Below, one piece after another: positions 10,474 to 19,905 of a DNA stretch of 64,000 nucleotides (positions within the stretch are counted from its first letter, which is position 1; every line of letters begins with the position of its first letter). The notes under the pieces were generated by a model, which saw nothing but the letters and a program-made list of their open reading frames with translations, made no database searches and had not been told where the DNA came from. The stretch covers positions 64,001 to 128,000 of the forward strand of contig JBFWNL010000006.1 of the NCBI GenBank assembly GCA_050251055.1, read 5' to 3'. Position numbers and translations under genes: made by a program. Origin of the DNA: Bacteriovoracia bacterium. GTDB taxonomy: Bacteria; Bdellovibrionota; UBA1018; JBFWNL01.

Positions 10474-11573
10474 CGGCGAGCGGTAAGCCGACCTTGCTCG
10501 TCGCCGGCGGAGGCACGGGCGGGCACGTGCTGGCGGGCGTGGCTATCGCGCAGGCTTGGCGCCAAAAATTCGGGGCGGATGCTCCCGTGGTTTTCGTGGG
10601 AGCGCGCGGAAAAATCGAAGAAAAGTTGGTGCCGCGGGAGGGTTTCCCCCTGCGCTTGCTCGATCTGGGCTCCCTGAATCGCGTGAGCGTTTCGCGGAAG
10701 CTGAAGACCTACTTCCAGTTGCCCTGGTCGTTCATCGTATCGTTGCGGGTGCTGCTTTCGGAGCGCCCGTCCGCCGTGATCGGAGTCGGCGGCTACGCTT
10801 CGGGGCCGGTGGTGTTAATGGCAGGCGTGTTTAGCTGGCTCGTCGGCGCGCGAACCGCGTTGTTGGAGCAGAATTCCGTTCCCGGTATGACGAATCGGAT
10901 CCTCGCTCGTTTCGTCCGCACGGTTTTCCTCGCTTTTGATTTGGCGCGCTTGCCCCAAGGGAACCAGTACTTCGCGCCCGAGAAACTGCGGGTGACCGGC
11001 AATCCAATCCGCAACAGCTTGAGTCAGCTGCCGTCTGCGGCACGGGATCCTTTCGTGGTTTTCATTTTCGGCGGCAGTCAGGGCGCCCACGGCATCAACA
11101 CGTTGGTTTTGTCGGCACTCCCGCACCTCAAGGATAAACCCATCCAGTTCATCCATCAGACCGGGGAAAAGGACTTCGATCGCGTCTCGCGCGGTTACCA
11201 GGCGGCGGGCATCGCGAACGCCCGCGTGGAGAAATTCATCTATGAGATGCCGGCGGCATACCGCGCTTCCTCCCTCATTATATGCCGATCGGGTTCTTCG
11301 ACGATGGCGGAGATTGCGGCCGTGGGCCGGGCGGCGATTTTTATCCCGTTGCCGACCGCCGCCGATAATCACCAGGAGTGGAACGCCCGTCTTTTCGCAG
11401 ATGCCGGCGCCGCTCGGCTCGTGCACCAGGAACAGACCTCGGGCGAGGATTTAGCGCGAATGATCGAGGAATTTCGGGCGAATCCGGCGGAAATCTCGCG
11501 CATCGAGCAGAAAGTGCGTGACTACCATAGGCCGGATGCGGCAAGGGACATCGTAGATGCGATCACCACGTGA
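10470..11573 (+). CDS. murG: Lipid II GlcNAc transferase MurG
   Basis: GGGTGGH, GGYAS, EQN, GNPIR, GGSQGA, HQ..NA. Confidence 0.97.
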   Translation: MTASGKPTLLVAGGGTGGHVLAGVAIAQAWRQKFGADAPVVFVGARGKIEEKLVPREGFPLRLLDLGSLNRVSVSRKLKTYFQLPWSFIVSLRVLLSERPSAVIGVGGYASGPVVLMAGVFSWLVGARTALLEQNSVPGMTNRILARFVRTVFLAFDLARLPQGNQYFAPEKLRVTGNPIRNSLSQLPSAARDPFVVFIFGGSQGAHGINTLVLSALPHLKDKPIQFIHQTGEKDFDRVSRGYQAAGIANARVEKFIYEMPAAYRASSLIICRSGSSTMAEIAAVGRAAIFIPLPTAADNHQEWNARLFADAGAARLVHQEQTSGEDLARMIEEFRANPAEISRIEQKVRDYHRPDAARDIVDAITT

Positions 11574-12933
11574 TACCCGTATTCACTTCATAGGCATCGG
11601 CGGCATCGGCATGAGCGGCATCGCCGAGATGTTTCACAACCAGGGCTGCCGCGTGACCGGTTCGGATCTCGTCGAGTCCGACTCAACCAAGCGTCTACAG
11701 AAGCTGGGGATCACCGTGTTCATCGGGCACCGCCGCGAAAATATCGATCAGCCCCAGGTGGTGGTCATCTCTTCGGCCGTGAAGGCCACGAACCCCGAAG
11801 TCGTGCGCGCGAAAGAGCTGCGCATTCCCGTCATTCCACGCGCGGAGATGCTGGGTGAGCTCATGCGGGGCCGCACGGGCATCGCCGTCGCCGGCACCCA
11901 CGGAAAGACAAGCACGACCTCGATGCTGGCCACGGTGCTGATGCACGCCCAGCTCGATCCCACGCTGGTGATCGGCGGCGTCGTGAATTCCCTGGGCGGG
12001 AATGCGAAGCTCGGACAGGGCGAGTACCTGGTCGCCGAAGCCGATGAGAGCGACGGCTCCTTCCTGCACCTCCCGGCGACATACGCGGTCGTGACGAACA
12101 TCGACAACGATCATTTGGATCATTACGGAAGTTTAGAGCAGATCGATCATGCGTTTGTCGAGTTCGTCGGCAAGTTGCCGTTTTATGGGTTGGCCGCGGT
12201 TTGCCTGGACGACCCGGGCGTGCGCCGTTGCCTCTCGCGCTGGACGAAGCCCGTGCGTACTTACGGATTTTCCGAGCAAGCGGAGTTTTTCGCTCGTGAA
12301 GTAAAGCTCAAGCCGCTGGGCTCGGTTTTTAACGTCTATCGGGGCGGCGACAAGCTGGGCGAGGTGGAACTGAACGTCCCCGGCAAGCATAATATCTTGA
12401 ACGCCTTGGCCACGATCGTGATTTCCGTCGCGCTGGACGTGCCGTTCGCGAAGATCGCGGCGGGACTGAAGGAGTATCGCGGCGTGGATCGCCGTTTCGA
12501 GATCATCTGGCAGGACGAAAAATCGCGTCGGGCCATTATCGAAGATTATGGTCATCATCCTTCGGAGATTTCCGCCACATTAGATGCCGCGCGGATTTTT
12601 TGGACGGGCCGGATTATCGCGGTTTTCCAGCCGCATCGTTACAGTCGTACTTTGCACTGCAAAGACGGGTTTTTGTCCGCTTTTCGCCAAAGCGACGTGG
12701 TTTTGGTTTCGGATATATACGGCGCGGGCGAGGATCCGATCGAAGGCGTGACCGCGCAGGGGTTGGTAGAGGAAATGAAGGCGAAGGCCTTGGCCAATCA
12801 AACCTTCGAATACGCGGGCGATCTCGATCGCGCCTGTGAGATGGTGAAAACGCTCGCCCGTCCGGGCGACTTAATTTTGTGCATGGGCGCGGGCTCGATC
12901 ACCAAGCTGCCCCGCCGCCTCATCCCCACCTGA
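11557..12933 (+). CDS. murC: UDP-MurNAc:L-Ala ligase MurC
   Basis: HFIGIGGIGMSG, GTHGKTST, EADESD, DHLDHY, DYGHHP, FQPHRYSR. Confidence 0.97.
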   Translation: MRSPRDTRIHFIGIGGIGMSGIAEMFHNQGCRVTGSDLVESDSTKRLQKLGITVFIGHRRENIDQPQVVVISSAVKATNPEVVRAKELRIPVIPRAEMLGELMRGRTGIAVAGTHGKTSTTSMLATVLMHAQLDPTLVIGGVVNSLGGNAKLGQGEYLVAEADESDGSFLHLPATYAVVTNIDNDHLDHYGSLEQIDHAFVEFVGKLPFYGLAAVCLDDPGVRRCLSRWTKPVRTYGFSEQAEFFAREVKLKPLGSVFNVYRGGDKLGEVELNVPGKHNILNALATIVISVALDVPFAKIAAGLKEYRGVDRRFEIIWQDEKSRRAIIEDYGHHPSEISATLDAARIFWTGRIIAVFQPHRYSRTLHCKDGFLSAFRQSDVVLVSDIYGAGEDPIEGVTAQGLVEEMKAKALANQTFEYAGDLDRACEMVKTLARPGDLILCMGAGSITKLPRRLIPT

Positions 12934-12940
12934 GCCATCG

Positions 12941-13855
12941 ATGTCGTCGCCCAATGAACCGAAGCTTACCGAAATCAAGTTTGATGAGCCGCTCTCCAAA
13001 CACACCTACTATCAGATTGGCGGTCCGGCTCGTCGCCTGGTGATTCCCCGCTCGATCGCCGAGCTGGACACGCTTGGCGCGGAAATCGCCCGCACGGGTG
13101 AGCCTTATTTCATCCTGGGCAAGGGTTCCAACGTGCTCGCGTCGGACCAGGGATTTTCCGGCACGGTCCTCAAGCTCGCCAAGCTCGACATGACCGTCGA
13201 GCCGCGTGATGGTCGCGTGTTCACCGGCGCCAGCGTGCCGATCTCGACCCTGCTTCGGCACGCGGGGGAAAAGGGCTGGGGGGGCTTCGAATTTTTGAGC
13301 GGGATACCGGGATCCGTGGGCGGCGCGGTAGCGATGAACGCGGGCACGCATTTGGGAGAAACAAAAGACCTGGTGGAGCGCGTGCACTACTGGCATGCCG
13401 GCACGTTGCGGGAAGCAACGGGGAGCGAGCTGAAGTTTTCCTACCGCGCGAATCATTTTCTGCCGGCGGGCGCGATCGTCGTGGCGGCGGAGTGGGCGTT
13501 GCGTGCGGACGACCCGGCGCGAGTGCGCAGCGCGATCGATGAAACCTTGCAGCGACGCAAGGGCACGCAGCCGATTGATTTGCCCTCGTGCGGGAGCGTG
13601 TTCAAGAACCCCCGGGAGCATGGGATGCACGCCTGGCAGGTGATCGAAAAGCTGGGACTTCGCGGCCACCGCATCGGGGGCGCTCAGTTCTCGGAGAAAC
13701 ACGCCAACTTCATCGTGAATCAGGGGGGCGCCAAAGCCCAGGATGTTTACCGGCTGATTCAGACCGCAAAAGCTCGCGCGAAAACCGAACTGGGGATCGA
13801 CCTCCAGGAAGAGGTAAAGTACCTAGGTGTTTTTGTAGATAAAAAAAAACAGTAA
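12941..13855 (+). CDS. murB: UDP-N-acetylenolpyruvoylglucosamine reductase MurB
   Basis: IGGPA, GKGSN, GIPGSVGGA..MNAG, GSVFKNP, KHANF. Confidence 0.96.
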   Translation: MSSPNEPKLTEIKFDEPLSKHTYYQIGGPARRLVIPRSIAELDTLGAEIARTGEPYFILGKGSNVLASDQGFSGTVLKLAKLDMTVEPRDGRVFTGASVPISTLLRHAGEKGWGGFEFLSGIPGSVGGAVAMNAGTHLGETKDLVERVHYWHAGTLREATGSELKFSYRANHFLPAGAIVVAAEWALRADDPARVRSAIDETLQRRKGTQPIDLPSCGSVFKNPREHGMHAWQVIEKLGLRGHRIGGAQFSEKHANFIVNQGGAKAQDVYRLIQTAKARAKTELGIDLQEEVKYLGVFVDKKKQ

Positions 13856-14046
13856 TTTCAATGGGGTTAACCCCCATTCAAATATCTATAAAAAAACGTC
13901 CCCAAGATTTGACACAATGCAATGCGGTCTGATACGCCCCGCGTTGAATTAAGGGGTTGCTTCGGCAACATGGTTAGGGCGACGTGGGTTAGGGAAAAAT
14001 CACACAACGCCAAAAATTGAGTCTCGATTGAGAAAGGCTATCTTTC

Positions 14047-14919
14047 ATGATGAAGCTGCGGGCGTTGGCTTGGGTTGGCTTGGGTTTGGCATTTGCGGCG
14101 ACGGCCGTGGCGGGCGAAGAGCCTTCGCGGACGCGCGAAGAGTTTTGCGAAAAGGCCCAGGACTTCGGTTACTTCAAGACGCTGATCGCGGAGCGCCGGA
14201 ATCAGTTGAGCTTCACGAATCCGCCGATCGGTATCGCTAACGGCGGTATTTGCTGGTGGCACTCGCGTATGACCCGCTACGCGACTTACCTCGGTGTTTA
14301 CAAGCCCGAGCTTCCGCGCCCGACCGAGGCCCAGGCCAAGAAGATCATCAAGGCCTTTACCAAAGGCGAAAAACTCGGCAAGCCGAACGTGGTGGAGGTC
14401 CCCGGATACCATAATTTTCATGAGTTCAGCCGTGATTGGGAAGAGCAGATTCAAAAGCGCCTCGAAGAGTGGCAGGTCAATGAAGGTGTGTGGGGTGCCG
14501 ACTGGCTGACGCGTGGGTTACATGGCTCGACCAAGGTGAGCGCGGCCAAGTTGAAGAAGACGATGGACGAGCTGTACGAGCTGGTCGAAGAGAAGAAGGA
14601 AATTACTTACCAGATGCTGCAGATGCCCGGCGTGGTCGCCCACGCGTGGCTGGTGGTGAACATGGCGAAAGTGCCGAACGGATATGACCTCGAAGTCGTG
14701 GATAGTAACTTCTATGGCACCCGCGTGCATAAGTACCGCGAAGGCATGGAAAACTTCGGCTATGCCAACGGCGCCGCTTTCGTGCCGTATACCGATCGGT
14801 TGAAGGAAGTTAAAAACGTCCGCAAGGCGATCGATAACTACTGCAAAAACGGCACGGTCGAGAAGCTCCCCGAGGCGAAGCCCGCGTCGAATAGACGTGA
14901 CTCGTCTTACGGCGACTAA
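14047..14919 (+). CDS. Secreted hypothetical protein with a possible papain-like Cys-His-Asp triad
   Basis: Signal peptide (AVA-G); GICWW, HAWLV and VVDSN motifs; codon usage typical of the host. Confidence 0.7.
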   Translation: MMKLRALAWVGLGLAFAATAVAGEEPSRTREEFCEKAQDFGYFKTLIAERRNQLSFTNPPIGIANGGICWWHSRMTRYATYLGVYKPELPRPTEAQAKKIIKAFTKGEKLGKPNVVEVPGYHNFHEFSRDWEEQIQKRLEEWQVNEGVWGADWLTRGLHGSTKVSAAKLKKTMDELYELVEEKKEITYQMLQMPGVVAHAWLVVNMAKVPNGYDLEVVDSNFYGTRVHKYREGMENFGYANGAAFVPYTDRLKEVKNVRKAIDNYCKNGTVEKLPEAKPASNRRDSSYGD

Positions 14920-14935
14920 TCGCTAAACTGCGGAT

Positions 14936-16288
14936 CTAGTTCGGCCAGCTCTGGAAGTCGACGACCTTGACCGACTGGGCGGGAATCCCGGCGGCGTTCG
15001 CGAGCGGCTCACGGAGTCCCTTCTCCGTGCCTAGCACGGTGATGAATAGGTGCTCCGGCTGGACGAATCGCTTCAAGGCAGCGTTCACCTGGCTTAAGGT
15101 GACCGACGCCATTCGCTCGGCATAGGTTTTCATAAAGCCATGCGGCAAGTTCAGGGTACGCTCAAGCAAGATGTTTTCTACGCGTTTTTTCGGAGTGTTG
15201 TAGCTGAATCCCGCGTTGTTGGTGAGGCTTTGCTTGGCCGAGTTAAACTCCGCTTCCGTAATGCCCTTTTCCTTCAGCTCATTGATGAGCTGCAAGGTCA
15301 GTTTGAGGGCATCCGCCGCATCCTTGCTGGCCGGGAAGAGGTTGAACATCCACGAGCGGGGCTGGGTACCGTGACGGAAGTTACTATAGGCGCCGTAGCT
15401 CCAGCCCTTCTTCACGCGGATTTCCTGCATCAGCCGCGCGAGGAACGATCCGCCGCCAAAGGCGTGGTTGCCGATGTAGAGGGCGAAATAATCCGGATCC
15501 GTCATGCGGACTCCGACCCAGCCCCCGAAAATCTGCGTTTGCGTGCGGTTGGGTTTGTCGATGATCATGAGCTCGCGTTGGGCGAGGTTTTCTGGCTGCG
15601 GTACCGCCGTACGGGTTTGGCCGCCGGCGCGTGACTCCGCCAGCTTACGGCCCCATTCCTTGATGCGCGAAGTGGATGCGTCGCCCGTTCCCACGATCAC
15701 GAGCAGCTGGTCACGCACGATTTCGTCGTAGTGTTTCTGCACGTCCGCCAAGGTGATCTTGTCGAACTCCTTGCCGTTGCCTTCCGGTGGGTTGCCGTAC
15801 GGGTGATTTCGGAATAGGTAGCGTTCGAATTTTTTCTGGGCGGTCGCGCGATCATTCCCTAGCTCTTCCTTGTAGGAGGAGCGTTTCTGGTTGCGCAATT
15901 TAGTCATTTCCACCCGATCGAAACTGGGTTGGGTCAGCACTTCCGCGACCAGCTCCAGGAACTTGTCGAGATTCTTCGCGAGCACCGCGCCCCGCAGGAT
16001 CATGGCTTCGGCGCGTGTTTCCACGCCCAGCGACGCGCCGATCTGGTCGAGGGTCGCGTCGAGCTGTTGTTTCTTGCGCAGCTTGGTACCGCGCAGGAGC
16101 ATCTCCCCCATGAAATCAGTCAGGCCGGATTTTCCCTGAGGGTCGGAAACGGATCCGGTCTTCGCGGCGACGTTGATATAGACGATGGGAAGACGATTGT
16201 CCTCTTCGAACTCCACTTCGAGGGCGAAAGCGGGGGCCGCCGTCGCCATGAGGAGGATGATCAGTGCGGATTTTTTGAAAGTCTTCAT
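14936..16288 (-). CDS. M16 family zinc protease, non-catalytic subunit
   Basis: Signal peptide; HxxEH degenerate (DFMGE); GGGSF..RL...R...G.SY Arg/Tyr motif. Confidence 0.88.
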   Translation of the reverse strand: MKTFKKSALIILLMATAAPAFALEVEFEEDNRLPIVYINVAAKTGSVSDPQGKSGLTDFMGEMLLRGTKLRKKQQLDATLDQIGASLGVETRAEAMILRGAVLAKNLDKFLELVAEVLTQPSFDRVEMTKLRNQKRSSYKEELGNDRATAQKKFERYLFRNHPYGNPPEGNGKEFDKITLADVQKHYDEIVRDQLLVIVGTGDASTSRIKEWGRKLAESRAGGQTRTAVPQPENLAQRELMIIDKPNRTQTQIFGGWVGVRMTDPDYFALYIGNHAFGGGSFLARLMQEIRVKKGWSYGAYSNFRHGTQPRSWMFNLFPASKDAADALKLTLQLINELKEKGITEAEFNSAKQSLTNNAGFSYNTPKKRVENILLERTLNLPHGFMKTYAERMASVTLSQVNAALKRFVQPEHLFITVLGTEKGLREPLANAAGIPAQSVKVVDFQSWPN

Positions 16289-17670
16289 GGGCGTTGTCCT
16301 CCCTTGGGCATTCCGCGGATGATCGTGCGGACGGCCGGTTTGAAATAAGTTTTTACCACGCGTTGGACGTCCTCGGACGTGACGGCGGCGATCTGCTCTT
16401 GAATTTTCAGCCCCCCTCGGAAATCACCCATGACCGTTTCGTACCGGCCCAGGAAATTCGCCTTGGCCGAGTTACTCGTGAGGTTTTGGTAAAAGGTGAA
16501 GTTCATCAGGTTCTTGGCGCGTTCCAGCTCAGCCGCCGGCACCGGCTTCTTCATTAGGTCCGCGAGCGTGGAATTAATGATGGCTTCGGCTTCCGCCGCC
16601 CGACGCTTCTCCTGCAGATTGACGTGGAACACGAAGAGCGTTGGGTCAGCGCCTTGGTAGCTACCGGACTCCACGCCACTAGCCACGCTGGTGTCGACCA
16701 GTTTCAGCGCGAGGCGGCTGCCTTTCCCTTCGGTGAGGATTCCTTGCAGAACTTCGAACGCGGCCGAATCCGGTGAGTTTGCCGGCGGCACGTGGTAGGC
16801 CATGTAGAGTTTTTCGACCTGGACGTCTAAAGGCAAGTTTTTGCGACGGATCGTCGTCTGGGCAGGCTCGACCTCTAGGTTCATTTCCGGTAAGGCGTGC
16901 TTCGGGAGGTGTCCATAGTGTTTTTCGACGGTACGGCTGACCTCCGCTGGATCCACGTCGCCCACCACGACGATGGTGGCGGTGGCTGGGCTATAGTGTT
17001 TTTGATAAAAAGCCACGGCGTCGGCGGCGGCCATGCGGTTCAAATCCGCCTGGTAGCCGATCACGGGCCATTTATAAGGATGCTTTTGGTAAGCGGTTTC
17101 AAAGAGCGTCTGATACATCAGCCCGTCCGGATTGTTCTCCGTGCGGAAGCGGCGTTCGTTTTGCACGACTTCCGTTTCCGTTTTAAATGCCTGCTCGTTC
17201 ACGATCAGGTTGGTCATGCGATCGCTTTCAAGTTCGGCAATCATGGCGAGCTTGTTCTTCGGGAGTTCCTGGATGTAAGCCGTATAGTCGTGGCTGGTAA
17301 AGGCATTTTCGCCTTCGGCGCCCGCCTCTTCCAGGGTGCGGTCGAAGGTACCCTCCGGCCGGGTTTTCGTGGCTTTGAACATCATGTGCTCGAAAAGGTG
17401 CGCGAGGCCCGTGTATTGCGGGACTTCGTTGCGAGACCCGACGCGAAACCAGGTTTGGTACGCGAAGGTAGGAGAGGTGTGGTCTTCCACCACCAGTAGC
17501 TTCAAGCCATTGGGGAAAGTCTTCCGGTAGACTTGGAACTTTCCGATGAAAGGCTGGGTTTCCATGCCGGCGACGGGCCCTCCCGAGCCTCCGGTGGTAG
17601 CGCAGCCAAATATGAATAAAGCGAAGAGGACTCCGCCCAAGCCGGCGAACGAAAGGATTTTATTGTTCAT
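16285..17670 (-). CDS. M16 family zinc protease, catalytic lipoprotein subunit
   Basis: Lipobox IFGC; GLAHLFEHMMF, NAFTS.DYT.Y, E..VV.NE; 4-nt overlap with its partner. Confidence 0.92.
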   Translation of the reverse strand: MNNKILSFAGLGGVLFALFIFGCATTGGSGGPVAGMETQPFIGKFQVYRKTFPNGLKLLVVEDHTSPTFAYQTWFRVGSRNEVPQYTGLAHLFEHMMFKATKTRPEGTFDRTLEEAGAEGENAFTSHDYTAYIQELPKNKLAMIAELESDRMTNLIVNEQAFKTETEVVQNERRFRTENNPDGLMYQTLFETAYQKHPYKWPVIGYQADLNRMAAADAVAFYQKHYSPATATIVVVGDVDPAEVSRTVEKHYGHLPKHALPEMNLEVEPAQTTIRRKNLPLDVQVEKLYMAYHVPPANSPDSAAFEVLQGILTEGKGSRLALKLVDTSVASGVESGSYQGADPTLFVFHVNLQEKRRAAEAEAIINSTLADLMKKPVPAAELERAKNLMNFTFYQNLTSNSAKANFLGRYETVMGDFRGGLKIQEQIAAVTSEDVQRVVKTYFKPAVRTIIRGMPKGGQRP

Positions 17671-17759
17671 AGGTTTCCCAGACTAACCGGCGCGCCCAGA
17701 AATTTCCAGCCGGTAAGAATTTCCAGCGCACTGAAAAAGCGTGTTATTCTTTTTATTGC

Positions 17760-18578
17760 GTGAAACCGCTTCCAGGATGGAAATCATTCGCAGTCATTTC
17801 TTTGTCGATGTTGGCATTGGCCGGCATTTTGGTCGGGATTCAGCAGGCCACCCGGTCGCCGCTCTTTCGCTTAAGCATGGTGGAAGTGGTGCAGGAAGAT
17901 GCGGGAGCCGCGGGGGTCACCGATGCGGCGGTTAAATTACCGATCCAGCTCGACGAAAAATTAGTGCGCGAGCTTTCGGGAGCGCAACTCGGAGTCGACA
18001 ATCTATTCGATTTGGATCTTCGGGCGATCGAGCGACGGATTCTTTCCCAGGTTTGGATCAGAGAGGTCACGCTCGAGAAGAAGTTCCCGCAAACCCTACG
18101 AATTGCCATCAAACTACGTGATCCGGTGGCATTATTCCAGGGCGCCGACGGCAACCTGCATTATCTAGATTCCAATGGCGCGCTCTTTTCCCAGGCGGAC
18201 TCGGGGATCTTGTCCGATCTGCCGGTGGTAACGGGAGTGCCGGAAAGCGACACCGACCTCACGCGCAAAATTCTGTCCTTGCTCTCGTTCTGGAAAACCT
18301 CGGACGTCGCCAAGTTCACCCGCCTTTCGGGCGTGACGTGGGATATCACGCGGGGAGTCCGCGCCGTGGTGCTTTATTTTGGCTCCCCGGATCGGGAAGA
18401 GGGGGGACCCGTCCGCACTTTCGTGAATTTGGGTCAAAATTTTGACGGTGTCGCGCCCTCGGCCCTGCCGCGTTTGGGTAAGGTCTTACAATATCTAGCC
18501 AATCATTCCATCCGTAGCCACCTCATCACTCTCGGTGACGGCAAGAAAATAGTTGTCAAAACCGATCGAGGTTCATAA
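17760..18578 (+). CDS. ftsQ: Cell division protein FtsQ/DivIB
   Basis: N-terminal TM, POTRA-like NLF.LDL...WI..V...K.FP.TL.I, DLPVVTG; directly upstream of ftsA. Confidence 0.85.
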   Translation: MKPLPGWKSFAVISLSMLALAGILVGIQQATRSPLFRLSMVEVVQEDAGAAGVTDAAVKLPIQLDEKLVRELSGAQLGVDNLFDLDLRAIERRILSQVWIREVTLEKKFPQTLRIAIKLRDPVALFQGADGNLHYLDSNGALFSQADSGILSDLPVVTGVPESDTDLTRKILSLLSFWKTSDVAKFTRLSGVTWDITRGVRAVVLYFGSPDREEGGPVRTFVNLGQNFDGVAPSALPRLGKVLQYLANHSIRSHLITLGDGKKIVVKTDRGS

Positions 18579-18632
18579 AATTTCTGAGGTAGCGATTTTT
18601 TGCCTACTGGAGTCCAACGGAGGGATTCGCAT

Positions 18633-19871
18633 ATGTCCAAAAAGGACATCGTTGTCGGTTTAGATATTGGCACCACCAAAATTTGTTGCATCGTAGGCGA
18701 GATCGTCCAAGCTGCGCCGCACCCGATCCTCGATATCATCGGCATCGGCACCGCGCCTTCATCCGGTTTGCGCAAAGGCGTTGTCGTTAACATCGATACC
18801 ACCGTCGAAAGCATCAGCAAGGCCGTGGAAGAAGCGGAGTTGATGGCGGGCGTGGAAGTTTCCACTGTTTATACGGGAATCGCCGGCGGTCATATTAAAT
18901 CTTTCAATTCGTCTGGCGTCGTCGCCATCAAAGACAAAGAGATTAACGAGCAGGACATTCAGCGCGTGATTGATGCGGCGAAGGCGATCGCCATCCCCAT
19001 GGATCGCGAAGTGATTCACATCATCCCGCAGGAATTCATCATTGACGACCAGGACGGCATCCGCGATCCGATCGGGATGAGTGGCGTGCGATTGGAATCG
19101 AAAGTTCACATCGTCACCGGTGCCGTATCTTCGGCGCAGAACATTATCAAGTGCGCGAATAAAGCCGGCCTCAACGTTTCTGAAATCTGCCTCGAGCCCA
19201 TTGCTTCGAGCGAAGCCGTCCTATCGGATGACGAAAAGGAACTGGGCGTAGTGTTGGTCGACATCGGTGGCGGTACGAGCGATATCGCGATCTACCGCGA
19301 AGGCTCGGTCGTATACACCGGGGTACTCGCGGTCGGCGGCCATCATATTACTAATGACATCGCCGTGGGCCTGCGTACGCCGCAACACGAGGCGGAAAAG
19401 CTCAAGATCAAGTACGGGTGCGTACTGGCCTCCACCGTGAAGCCGGACGAAACCATCGAAGTTCCCGGCGTCGGTGGTCGCAAGCCGCGCGTCGTGGCGC
19501 GCCGGCTACTCGCCGAAATTATCGAGCCCCGCGTGGAAGAAATTTTCATGCTCATCCAGCGCGAGGTCATGAAGTCGGGGTTCCAGGACCTGCTCTCAGG
19601 GGGCGTCGTCATCACGGGCGGTTCCACCCTGCTGAACGGCATGCCCGAGCTAGCCGAACATATTTTCGAGATGCCTGTGAAGCGTGGCGTCCCCTACGGA
19701 GTAGGCGGCCTGCGCGACGTAGTCAATTCACCAAAGTTCGCGACCGGCGTGGGTTTGCTTAAGTACGGGTCGCGGAATTTGCTGAGTAAAACCAAGTTCC
19801 CCATCCGGAACAAAAACATGTACGACAAGATTCGCGGGTCCATGCGCACTTGGATCAAAGACTTGTTTTGA
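18633..19871 (+). CDS. ftsA: Cell division protein FtsA
   Basis: GLDIGTTKI, G.RKGVVVNI, DIGGGT, GVVITGG, P.FATGVGL, amphipathic C-terminal helix; GGAGG SD before ATG 18633. Confidence 0.98.
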   Translation: MSKKDIVVGLDIGTTKICCIVGEIVQAAPHPILDIIGIGTAPSSGLRKGVVVNIDTTVESISKAVEEAELMAGVEVSTVYTGIAGGHIKSFNSSGVVAIKDKEINEQDIQRVIDAAKAIAIPMDREVIHIIPQEFIIDDQDGIRDPIGMSGVRLESKVHIVTGAVSSAQNIIKCANKAGLNVSEICLEPIASSEAVLSDDEKELGVVLVDIGGGTSDIAIYREGSVVYTGVLAVGGHHITNDIAVGLRTPQHEAEKLKIKYGCVLASTVKPDETIEVPGVGGRKPRVVARRLLAEIIEPRVEEIFMLIQREVMKSGFQDLLSGGVVITGGSTLLNGMPELAEHIFEMPVKRGVPYGVGGLRDVVNSPKFATGVGLLKYGSRNLLSKTKFPIRNKNMYDKIRGSMRTWIKDLF

Positions 19872-19905
19872 GATTTGTTTTAACGAACTGAAGTAGGAGG
19901 CTGAC

